Virus record (IMG/VR): IMGVR_UViG_3300047493_000037
Coordinates: 30,713 to 94,712 of that record
Length of the DNA stretch: 64,000 bases
Origin: a virus
Taxonomy: Duplodnaviria; Heunggongvirae; Uroviricota; Caudoviricetes
Reading direction: 5' to 3' (one strand)
Shown: piece by piece, positions 45,464 to 55,300 of the stretch
Numbering within the stretch: position 1 is the first letter of the stretch
How the letters are laid out: each line of letters begins with the position of its first letter
Program-made: the position numbers and the translations under genes
Notes under the pieces: generated by a model
The model's database searches: none
What the model was told of the DNA's origin: nothing
What the model saw: the letters and a program-made list of their open reading frames with translations, nothing else

Positions 45464-47028
45464 TGACTAAGATTATTAAGTCTGAAGAACTTGATAGATT
45501 GGAAGCCATCTTACTGAAGGCTCGTAGACGTATGTCTGATGAGGCAAACGAAGATCAAGACGAAGAAGATGTATCGCCAGAAGAAGCTGGAATGAGAGAG
45601 TTTGACCCTGACACAGATGGTGATGACGCCGACAAATGGTTGGAAGAAAACGATACAGAAAATCGAGACAAGGATGACTATGATGAATACGGCCCTGATG
45701 AAGATGAAGAGTCTCACCAGCAAGAGCCTGAGTTGGATCAAGATGAAGTGGCAGATTCTGTTCCAGAAGTGGAAGGATCAAACGGTGCTCCGACTCCAGA
45801 GGTTGAAATCCCTGGAGCAGGAGGAGGAACAGCAGTTGAAGAACAACGTAGTCCAGATCAAGGACAGACTCAAGAAGAACCAGCGCAAGTAAAAGGTGAA
45901 AGTAGATTTCCACAGCCTTCTAGAGAAGACATCGCAGAAATGCGTCAATACACTCGCCCCTGGGAGCAAAGAGCTCGCGATAAGACTCGTTTAGAGGCTG
46001 AACCAGCTAAAAACCCAGTTCTTCATCATGAAGGAAAAATGGTTGAAGCTCGTAATGCTGCGCATAAGCAGTATCAAGATGCTTATGCTAGCATGCAAGC
46101 ATCTCCAGACTACCAAAATGCAGATCCTATCACTCAGATGGAGATGGATAGTAACTTTGAAAGCGACTTCCACAAGAAGAATCCTGATTATTTAGCTAAT
46201 GCTGCTAAACTTCATAGTGAAGCACATAAGAAAGGTCTTGGCGCAAAAGATGTCCACGCAGCGGCTAAAGATGAAGCTATTAGGCACGTTCTTACTGGTG
46301 GTGCTCAAGGCGATACTGGAATGTCAACCGAAGAGGCATTACAGCATGCTGGAGGAACTAAGGGAGAAGAGGGAACTACTGGGTCTATGACTCAAGATCC
46401 ATCTGCCTCTTTTGCTTCTGGCAATAAAGCATTTCTTGATCAATATGCAAAAGACTATGCAAACAAGTCAAAGAAACCTAAAGACGTAAGTGAGATGATG
46501 AATTATGATGAAGGTTCGAAAGCAGATGTTCAGCGCATCCTGGGTGAGCATCCTGCGCTTAAGGATCCTGCTAAGAAAGCTAAGGTCGATGCCTTCTTCG
46601 CGAAATACCATCCTTTGATTGGTATGAATGCCAAGAAGGTTCTTAATAAGCTTGGCTTAGATAGTAAGCGCAGCGATGTTGATTTAGGTATGCTTCATGA
46701 GGCGGGGATGCATGGTTTGATGCAGTCTATCAACGACTATAACCATGATCACCCCAGCAAGGCTTCCTTCTCAACTCATGCGGGCAATAAGATTCGTGGT
46801 TTACAGCAAACTGCTATGCGTGCACAAGATCAAGTTCCACAAGAACTAAGAGTTGGAGCGAAAAAGTTTCAACAAGCACAAGCTAGTCCAGTTTCAAAAC
46901 CAGATATCAAGGGAATGCTAAGCAAACATCCACCTGAAGTTGCTGATAGAATGAAGAGGATAGATGCCTTCAAAGCAAGTGCTGCTCCGAAGACACCTAA
47001 GCCTGAAGGAGGAACAAATGGGCAATAA
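45463..47028 (+). CDS. Acidic protein with a FliA/WhiG-like sigma region 2 and no region 4
   Basis: KYHPLIGMNAKKV...EAGMHGLMQSINDY...KASFSTHAGNKIRG...QDQVPQELR aligns by eye to FliA region 2. Confidence 0.7.
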   Translation: MTKIIKSEELDRLEAILLKARRRMSDEANEDQDEEDVSPEEAGMREFDPDTDGDDADKWLEENDTENRDKDDYDEYGPDEDEESHQQEPELDQDEVADSVPEVEGSNGAPTPEVEIPGAGGGTAVEEQRSPDQGQTQEEPAQVKGESRFPQPSREDIAEMRQYTRPWEQRARDKTRLEAEPAKNPVLHHEGKMVEARNAAHKQYQDAYASMQASPDYQNADPITQMEMDSNFESDFHKKNPDYLANAAKLHSEAHKKGLGAKDVHAAAKDEAIRHVLTGGAQGDTGMSTEEALQHAGGTKGEEGTTGSMTQDPSASFASGNKAFLDQYAKDYANKSKKPKDVSEMMNYDEGSKADVQRILGEHPALKDPAKKAKVDAFFAKYHPLIGMNAKKVLNKLGLDSKRSDVDLGMLHEAGMHGLMQSINDYNHDHPSKASFSTHAGNKIRGLQQTAMRAQDQVPQELRVGAKKFQQAQASPVSKPDIKGMLSKHPPEVADRMKRIDAFKASAAPKTPKPEGGTNGQ

Positions 47029-47968
47029 CGGTAACGATGATAGCGGATATCCATACGGACAGACACCAGATGGACTATATGAGGATCTTCCGGCAGCTGA
47101 TTTTGCAACTGGTCATATCCAAGGCACCGGCATAGTTAGAACTCCTACTGTTGCTCCATGGCCAGCGTGGTCCACAGGGCAAGAACCTGGATTTGAAAGA
47201 TATCTTCCACTTCCAACTCCTGAGACTATGAAGAACGGACCTCTATTTGGTCTGCCTTTAAAGTCATTCTTAACTGGACAAGTTGTTGAAGACAAAACTA
47301 TTGAATCTTATATTACTCAGGCTATCTCTGAGATTGAACACACTCTTAATCTCTTCATTACTCCTGTTACATTTTCAGAGAGGCATGATTACAGCAGAGA
47401 GATGCAGTTTTGGTCTTTTGGTGTCATCAAGCTGTACAACTCTCCTATTCTCAATGTTGAAGAGTATGAACTCACTTTCAACAACGGAATTGGAATTCCA
47501 GGTTCTTTGCCCTTGGTAAGGATACCTTTGGAGTTTATACATGTTCAACCTCAAGATGGCACAATTCAACTTGTTCCAGCTCAAGGTGTAACTATCTCTG
47601 GCTTTATTGTCAGTATTTATTCTGGCTTAGGGTATCATGCTTTCAACTCTCAAGCTATCTCATACTGGCCTGGAGCTGTGTTTGTGAAATATAGGGCTGG
47701 ATTTGAGCGTCATAAGGTTCCAGCCTTGCTAGTTGCGCTTATTGAAAACTTAGCCGCATATAAGTTTTTGTCTGCTCTAGGTCCAGTATTATTTCCGTAT
47801 AACTCTACTAGCGTAGGAATAGACGGAACTTCTCAAAGTGTTTCAACTCCTGGTCCACTATTTTTACAAAACAGGCTTAAAGATCTTCAGCAGATGATAG
47901 CAACAGAGATGGATGCTGCAAAAGGATACTATCAAAAACGTTTCTTAGTTGACGCGATAGGTTATTAA
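47018..47968 (+). CDS. Head-tail adaptor / neck protein
   Basis: IESYITQAISEIE...VKYRAGF...VPALL adaptor-like pattern. ATG 47018 follows GGAGG. Confidence 0.65.
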   Translation: MGNNGNDDSGYPYGQTPDGLYEDLPAADFATGHIQGTGIVRTPTVAPWPAWSTGQEPGFERYLPLPTPETMKNGPLFGLPLKSFLTGQVVEDKTIESYITQAISEIEHTLNLFITPVTFSERHDYSREMQFWSFGVIKLYNSPILNVEEYELTFNNGIGIPGSLPLVRIPLEFIHVQPQDGTIQLVPAQGVTISGFIVSIYSGLGYHAFNSQAISYWPGAVFVKYRAGFERHKVPALLVALIENLAAYKFLSALGPVLFPYNSTSVGIDGTSQSVSTPGPLFLQNRLKDLQQMIATEMDAAKGYYQKRFLVDAIGY

Positions 47969-47970
47969 AA

Positions 47971-49152
47971 ATGAGTAAGTTAATAGAAGTCACATCAGAC
48001 GGTAAACAAGAAGTAGTCCAGGGTAAGGAACCTTTAAAAAAGGAACCCAAGAGGAAGAGACTTAAGGACCGTTGGAACGATTTGAAGAAGGCACTTGATA
48101 ATAAGAAGTCCATCATGGATCTTGAGGAAGCTCAGGAAGATGATGAGCAGCCTTCTGATCAACAACCTCAGGAACAACCTGAGGGGGAACCTGTTGCAGC
48201 TGAAATCCCAGGAGAAAATGAGTCGCAAGATGCAGAGGGCGGCTCCCCAGATACAAATCTACCAGACCAAGAGGGAGAGCCAGATGGTGAAGAAGAAGAC
48301 GCATCTGATTCAGAATCAGTCGGAGTTGATCCAATGGCAATGGGAAATGATGCAACAGATGGCGAAGAAGATAAGCAAGAGGAAAATATTGATCCAGAAG
48401 AGTTGGCGGAAGCATTAAGGCAGGAAGGATATACCGAGCAAGAAGTTGCTTATATCGTTCATGGTCATCATTCCCCAGAGATTGATGAAACCAAACAAGC
48501 TAAAGCTGATGCTACTGCTGCTATGTCTCAAGTTGATGTGGATGCAGCAACAAAGCACTCTGAAATGGAGCGCGAACTTGCTCAAAAGAAGGCAGAGCAA
48601 GAACATCAGCATAAGGAGATGCTTGCTGCGCACGACCTTGAACATAAGAAGAGAATGTCTGATGTAGAGTATGATGGCGCAAAAGCATCTGCCCCAGATC
48701 CTACTGTTGATAAAAACCATCGTCAGCGTATGCTTGACTTAGAGTATGAACAAGCAAAGAGTCAAGCGCCAGATTCTGAGTACGAAAAGAATCATCGTAA
48801 GCGCATGATGGATATTGAATACGATAGTGCTAAGGCTCAGATGCCTAATGGTGAAGCTGATCAAGAGCACAATAAAAAATTAGCAGAGTTAGAAGTTGAG
48901 GCAAAGAAACTTGAACTTGAAGCTAAAAAGAAGCAAATTGAACTTGAGATAGAGTTTAAAGAGAAAGAACATGAGTTAAAACTTAAGCAGATGGAAATGC
49001 AGCTCAAGGAACAGGCTAAGCAGAAATCTCAAATTTCTGGAGAAAAGCATAAACATAAACTTGCAGAAGCAAAGAAGCCACCTGCGAAGAAACCACTAAA
49101 GAAGTCAGAAGACGAGGACGATTATGAGCAAGACGGACAAGACGCTGAATAA
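47971..49152 (+). CDS. Acidic coiled-coil protein with 25 aa repeats
   Basis: Three to four H-x-x-RM-x-D-x-EY-x-x-AK repeats; LKKA and LKKS motifs. Confidence 0.65.
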   Translation: MSKLIEVTSDGKQEVVQGKEPLKKEPKRKRLKDRWNDLKKALDNKKSIMDLEEAQEDDEQPSDQQPQEQPEGEPVAAEIPGENESQDAEGGSPDTNLPDQEGEPDGEEEDASDSESVGVDPMAMGNDATDGEEDKQEENIDPEELAEALRQEGYTEQEVAYIVHGHHSPEIDETKQAKADATAAMSQVDVDAATKHSEMERELAQKKAEQEHQHKEMLAAHDLEHKKRMSDVEYDGAKASAPDPTVDKNHRQRMLDLEYEQAKSQAPDSEYEKNHRKRMMDIEYDSAKAQMPNGEADQEHNKKLAELEVEAKKLELEAKKKQIELEIEFKEKEHELKLKQMEMQLKEQAKQKSQISGEKHKHKLAEAKKPPAKKPLKKSEDEDDYEQDGQDAE

Positions 49153-50116
49153 GTGTAACGAACTTATCGACAGATTGAACGAGCTAAAGAAGGCGCTTGA
49201 CAATGTTCAAGTGCAATCTAATAGGAAACCAGTAAACGCTCTAGGCGCTGGGTGGTCGCAAGACCCTAGCACAGGAACCTTTCATCACAGTGATCTTGGC
49301 ATGATCAGCACAACTAAACATCCTGATGGATACTATCAAGTTAATCATGGTGGGCGTTCTATCGGTCGCGCGGCTTCTCCCGGTGATGCAGGAATGAAGA
49401 TCAAGAATTATGTGAAAAACTTGCAACCAGGTGATACTGGGATGCACAACGTAGATTCTATGGCTCTTAAGGATGAAGATGGTGTTGGTAAGAGTGATTA
49501 CGGTAAATTTAAAGGCGGCAGTCAGTATGATGCCACTGCTAATTTAAAGCGTAAAGCAAACAATGTTGGAGATGTCGCTGGTGAAGGTAAGAACACAAAT
49601 GTTAAAGCATTTAGTACTAAACCTGGACAATTAAGCGCAAAACAGCAAGCAGCTAAAACTCCTTACAAAGGTGCAGCTGGTCCGGTGAAAAAATGGACAC
49701 CAGAGCAGATTGCTGCTGAGAACGAGGCACGTAAGTTAAAAAAGAATGCAGACGGTCCATGGGTCACTCACGCGTCTGTCCCTAACGCTGATGAAGAAGT
49801 TAAGAATCTTCAAAAAACTAATCCAGTCAATAAAGCAGAAGACATCATGTCTACTCAGCTAGCAAATATGATGGCTGGTAGGGCAATGCTTGGCATTAAA
49901 CCTCCAGCGCAGCCTACAGATCAAGAGATGTTTGGTCATCTAATTCCAACTGAAGAGCAGATTGAAAAAGCTGAACAAGGTTGGAATAATAGGTTAAATT
50001 GGTTAGAAGAAGCTATTAAGCCGATTTCTTCTAGGTTTAATTCGCCAGAAGAGGAAGCTCAATATTGGGCTTCTATTAAAGTCGCCGATAGAGACGATGG
50101 AAAATCAGGTTATTAA
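49124..50116 (+). CDS. Hypothetical protein (probable internal head protein)
   Basis: ELKKA, VGKS, VNKA and IEKA motifs. Confidence 0.6.
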   Translation: MSKTDKTLNKCNELIDRLNELKKALDNVQVQSNRKPVNALGAGWSQDPSTGTFHHSDLGMISTTKHPDGYYQVNHGGRSIGRAASPGDAGMKIKNYVKNLQPGDTGMHNVDSMALKDEDGVGKSDYGKFKGGSQYDATANLKRKANNVGDVAGEGKNTNVKAFSTKPGQLSAKQQAAKTPYKGAAGPVKKWTPEQIAAENEARKLKKNADGPWVTHASVPNADEEVKNLQKTNPVNKAEDIMSTQLANMMAGRAMLGIKPPAQPTDQEMFGHLIPTEEQIEKAEQGWNNRLNWLEEAIKPISSRFNSPEEEAQYWASIKVADRDDGKSGY

Positions 50117-51333
50117 TGCTTTCAGATAATGTAAGAAGTCGTCTAAGAAAAATTTTTGGCATCACCATGGATGAACAGGCTGCAGCTAAGGAATTAGCTG
50201 ATGCTGTTGATGCCGGAGGCGGTGGAGGTGGATCTTCAGTTTGGGGAGGAATCACTGGAACATTATCTAGTCAAGCAGATCTACAGAATGCCTTAAATGC
50301 TAAGCAGAATGCATCGTCGAAGGGCACAGCAAATGGGTATGCTAGTTTAGACTCGAATAGTTTAGTGCCTTTTACTCAAATTCCTGGTTTATCTGTCTCT
50401 GTGTCTCAGCAGGTCTACGTTGCTGTGGGTGGAAACGATACCACTGGTAATGGCACTTCTAACAATCCCTTTGCTACTATAACTCACGCCTTATCTACAA
50501 TCACTGATGCGGGAGTTCCTGAGAATGGCTCTAATAAGCGTTATGCAATTATGGTTGCTGCGGGCGCCTATGATGAACCTCAGATATTGTTAAAGCCATG
50601 GGTTTATGTGGTTGGTTCTCAGTTTGAAGCTACATACATCAGAGTAAATGGTGGTGCTGGTAGTGTGCAACTTGATTCTGTTGCTTTTACAGCACAAGCT
50701 AGTGCAAGATTTGGTCTCATAAATTGCTATCTTGGTCATGGAACAAGTTTAAATTTAGATTTATACTCGGTTGGACCTAACACCGGCACTCCATCCGCGC
50801 TAATCACTCTTCAGAGTGTGTTTGTTGCAGGTTCAACTAATTTGACCGGTCGTGCTCCAAATATCGACTACTTAGAAATGTATGATGTCTATTTTGACGG
50901 TGGATTCTCTATGGATGGTCTAGAGTTTGGTCCTGCTCAGGGGCTAACTTTTGCAAATGGTGCAACATTTACCTGTAACCATGCCAATATCAATGGACAG
51001 ATTAATAACTCACTTTTTCAGGGAGCGGTAAGTGTATCAAACTCTGTAAGTAATACTTGTGAGATAGATTTTAGTGCATGTGGCATAAGTTCAACTCTTA
51101 CTACGTCCGGCTCTAATGTTCTAATAAAGACAGACTCCGTTTCTATGCCTGTTGCTGCTAATCAAACGATTGGCATTGGTACAACTTTTGCTTACACAAG
51201 TGACACATCGCACTCTGGATATACTCCAAAGACTCCAGCGAATTGGTCTGGGCCAGCACCCACAACTGTGCAGCAAGCTATTGATCGTATGGCTGCCGTT
51301 GTTAGCACAAATGGAAGCGTTCCTATTCCTTAA
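50116..51333 (+). CDS. Tail fibre-associated protein
   Basis: WGGITGTLSSQADLQNALNAK and KGTANGYASLD linkers; beta-helix-like middle. Confidence 0.65.
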   Translation: MLSDNVRSRLRKIFGITMDEQAAAKELADAVDAGGGGGGSSVWGGITGTLSSQADLQNALNAKQNASSKGTANGYASLDSNSLVPFTQIPGLSVSVSQQVYVAVGGNDTTGNGTSNNPFATITHALSTITDAGVPENGSNKRYAIMVAAGAYDEPQILLKPWVYVVGSQFEATYIRVNGGAGSVQLDSVAFTAQASARFGLINCYLGHGTSLNLDLYSVGPNTGTPSALITLQSVFVAGSTNLTGRAPNIDYLEMYDVYFDGGFSMDGLEFGPAQGLTFANGATFTCNHANINGQINNSLFQGAVSVSNSVSNTCEIDFSACGISSTLTTSGSNVLIKTDSVSMPVAANQTIGIGTTFAYTSDTSHSGYTPKTPANWSGPAPTTVQQAIDRMAAVVSTNGSVPIP

Positions 51334-51392
51334 CGTGTTATAATGACAGGTAAGAGCCCTAAATGGTTAGGGTGCTTGGTTAGGTTGGAACA

Positions 51393-52004
51393 ATGTTAGA
51401 GAAACGCTTTGCCGCGGTACCTCCGCAGGCCTTTACGGCGAATGGGACCCTATTTGGTCTTGTTACGTTGGCAGATACCTCAATGTTCAAGGTAAAACAA
51501 CACGTTGTGTTGGATGCCACATCCTTATCAACCACTCTAGAAGTTAAAGAAGTTGTATCAAATACTCAACTTTATGTGGGACCTATAAAAGGTTCAATTA
51601 CATCGAGAACAGACATATCTGCTTATACCGTTGCAGCTGGCGCCTTTATTTACGCCAACGAACAAAATCGTCCAAACATTGATTACTCTGAAATCTGGCG
51701 TGCAGTTTACGATGAAGAACCTACTATTGCGCTACGCACGATGCTTGTTGATGAACAGGGCGATAGAATTGGTCCAAGCAACCCATTAGACGTAAATGCC
51801 ACTGTAGATGTCACTGTAAACTCAGTACAACTTTTTTCATTGCCATATGACTCTATTGCCGCAACCTATCCTACTCCAACTCAAGAAATTTACTCTACTT
51901 ACATTGGCGGTTTAAGTGGAACTTTGGTGCAAACTGCCACAGTGAACTATACTGACTCTACAAAAAACTTTATATTAAACGTAGTGAGGACGCCTTTGAG
52001 CTAA
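51393..52004 (+). CDS. Virion structural protein (putative)
   Basis: Fibre-cluster context; TGTTATAAT box upstream. Confidence 0.55.
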   Translation: MLEKRFAAVPPQAFTANGTLFGLVTLADTSMFKVKQHVVLDATSLSTTLEVKEVVSNTQLYVGPIKGSITSRTDISAYTVAAGAFIYANEQNRPNIDYSEIWRAVYDEEPTIALRTMLVDEQGDRIGPSNPLDVNATVDVTVNSVQLFSLPYDSIAATYPTPTQEIYSTYIGGLSGTLVQTATVNYTDSTKNFILNVVRTPLS

Positions 52005-52005
52005 C

Positions 52006-52323
52006 ATGGCATTTAGGTTTAATATTTTTACAGGGACACTAGATATTGTTGGCTCTAGCTCATCTGGTGGCGTCAATGGCATTGCTCCTACTGCGATAAA
52101 TCACATCGCAACGTGGGTAGATACCACTGCATCAACTATTCAAAATAGTTTAGCATTGGTTCAACCTGGGGGCGCGATAGAGGCACAAGGATATATTTCT
52201 CAGAGAACCGTTTCTGGGGTTGTCACTGTTAACACTGGAGAAAGTTGGATTGCACCAAGTCTCACGATTGCTCCTGGTGGGCTAATAGTTTTAAACCCTG
52301 ATGCAGAATTAATCATCATTTAA
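52006..52323 (+). CDS. Small fibre-associated protein
   Basis: MAFRFNIFTGTLD N-terminus; context. Confidence 0.55.
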   Translation: MAFRFNIFTGTLDIVGSSSSGGVNGIAPTAINHIATWVDTTASTIQNSLALVQPGGAIEAQGYISQRTVSGVVTVNTGESWIAPSLTIAPGGLIVLNPDAELIII

Positions 52324-52332
52324 GGATAGTAT

Positions 52333-55300
52333 ATGGCAGCTGGATCATTATTACAAATTTATCCGTTTAGCGCGAAACCCTCACCTCCTCCTGTGGGCTC
52401 TTTCCTCTTCTATATGAAGACGGACGACACCCTGTATTTGCAGGATTCTAGTGGGGTTGAATATGCTTTTGGATCTACTGCGTTTATTTCTGAGCTGGTT
52501 GGTGATGTCACTGGCATGGGTCCAGGTGTAACTACAACTACTGTTGCGTTTGTAGGTGGAGAATCCGCTGCCGATGTTGCTTCTGCCGCAAGAGCATTCT
52601 TAGCAGCTACTAGCAGTGATACGCCTAATACTATAGTGACGCGTGACGGTAGTGGTAACTTTAGTGCTAATATTATTACTGCTTCACTTAATGGTAATGC
52701 AGCTACTGCTACTTCTGCAGGTTCTGCTACTACCGCAGTGAGTTTCACTGGCCCGTTACTTGGTGATGTCACTGGAACTCAAGATGCTACGGTTGTTTCT
52801 TATGTTGATAGTTATACCGCAGCACAGGTTGGTATTTCGGTAGCGATGACACAAGCAGCAACTGCCTTAAACACTGCTTCAACTCTTGTTAAAAGAGATG
52901 CTAGCGGTAATTTTAGCGCCAATGTCATTAGTGCTTCATTGGTTGGAAATGTTACTGGCAATGTTACTGGGAATCTCACTGGCAACGTTACTGGCAACGT
53001 TAGCGGTAGTTCTTCAACGTTCACTGGCCCGTTACTTGGTGATGTCACTGGAACTCAGGGCGCAACATTTATTGACCCAACCGTTGTATCTAGTAAGGTT
53101 CTTACCGGACTTGCGACGGGCGCTAATGTGCCTATTGCTGCTACAGATTCTATCTTGGTAGCTTTTGAAAAAGTACAAGCTCAAATTTCTGCTATTGAGA
53201 ACTCTGATGTTACCGCTGTTACTGCAAGTAGCCCACTAACTAGCTCTGGCGGAGCAACTCCAAATATTAGTTTCATAAATCAATCTGCTAACGCGTTTCT
53301 TGCTGGTCCTTTAACTGGCATGCCTGCCGCACCTACATTTAGAGTAATCAATACAAGTGATTTACCAAGTTTGTCTGCAATTTATGTGCCTCAATCTGAG
53401 GTTGGTGTGGCCAACGGTGTTGCTTCGTTGGATTCAAATGCGTTGGTGCCTCTCTCTGAGATGCAGCCATCGTTGATTGCTCCCTTTTACACGGAGTACC
53501 ACGTCAATCCTGGATACACTGGTGCTACCTCTACTGGTTCATATAATCAACCATATACTACTATTCAGGCAGCAGTAAATGCTGCTCAGTCTTATGGTTC
53601 TGCCAACTCTGCTGTGATATTGCATGGTACAGGTACTACAGAGAATGTAGTTATTAATAACTATTCTTTCAACTTATTAATCTGTTATGTTAACTCTACT
53701 GCCGTAGACAACCAATTGTTCCTATTGAACGGTAACATTACAATTAGTGGGTTAAGTACCAGAATTAGACTCAAGGACTTCAAGATTCAATATCCTGGTG
53801 GAAGTCAGCCAGACTTAATTGATAGCTCTTCTGGAAGAAACTATTTTAGCAATGTTGGTTTTGAGGGCGGCGGTGGTATTCAATACACTGGTTCTTGGGC
53901 TCGTTGGCATGAGTATACAGACTGCACTATAAGTGGGACAATGAACATTGCAGGAAGTCCATCTTCCGGTTCACAGATTAGTTTGTGGCGTACTCGTGGT
54001 GGAGCAAACTATGTTCTTAATAGTTCTAATGTCACATTAGCTTTATATGATAATTTTTCTGTAGGAAACGTTACTCAAACGGCGGGTAGTTTGATTATTG
54101 ATGGCGGCCGCGGTTTTACTGCTGGATCAACTATCTCTTCTACAACGAACAACGGTTCCGATTTGCTAGAGATTCTCAATGTTTCTCTTCAAACTAGCGG
54201 AAGCAGTTTTGCTCAGATTAATAAGACAGGAACTTGTCCTTATATTCTTTCTAATGTCTTTAGAAATGAAGTCGGCGATATTTTAACGGGTACGCGCCTT
54301 GTACAAGGTGCCTCTGCTGCGGATGAAAAGTATGTTCCAACAACTCCAGCAAACTGGCCTTCTCCTCCTACGTCTGTGCTTCAAGCGCTGGACGATTTAG
54401 CCGCTAGTATATCTGGAATTAGTGGTTCTGCGATAACCTCTTTAACTGGCGATGGGACTGCTACTGGTCCAGGTGGAGCAGTATTTACTCTAGCTACAGT
54501 AAACTCAAATGTTGGCACGTTTGGTTCTTCTACGTCCATCCCTGTCTTTACAGTTAATGCAAAAGGATTAATCACTGCTGCCAGTGGCGTAGACGTCGTT
54601 GCGCCAGCTGGTACGCTTACTGGTAGCACACTTGCTAGCAATGTCTTAAGTTCTTCTTTAACTTCAGTAGGAACTCTAACTAATTTAAATGTGGCGGGCA
54701 ATGTAGGCATTGGAACCACGAGTCCTAGGTACTCAATAGATTTACAAGACCTCTCTACTGCTACTAGCGGCACTGTTTACGGCATGAAGAGTCTACTCAC
54801 CGCGCAACCTACTTCGGCTAGTGCTGCTCAATTCAAGGGCGTAGGTGGATCCGCAATCACGCCTAATGCTGGAACTCAAAATGTGTACCTTCTTCAGGGT
54901 GTTTCTGGAATGGCAAATCACAACGCTATGGGCATAGTGACATATGCTACTGGTGTGGATTGTGAAGTTTATTGTGCTCAGTCGGGAACAATCCAAAATG
55001 CTTTCGGATCTTATCATCAGGTAGCTATTAGCAACGGCGGAACAATCCAGAACGGGTATGGCAGTTACATCGCGGCGCCATATAACACTGGCGGTGGCGG
55101 AACATGGGATAATTATTACGGATTATACGTAGGAAATCCAAGTAATGTAGCAAGTGGCGTAAACTATGCAATCTACTCTCAGGGCGGTACTAACTATTTT
55201 GGCGGATTGATTCAAGCAGTTGGAGGATTGACCGGAACAGTAAATTACACCCCTTCCACCCCTTCAAATTGGCTAACTGTTCCTACTTCAGTTTCTCAAG

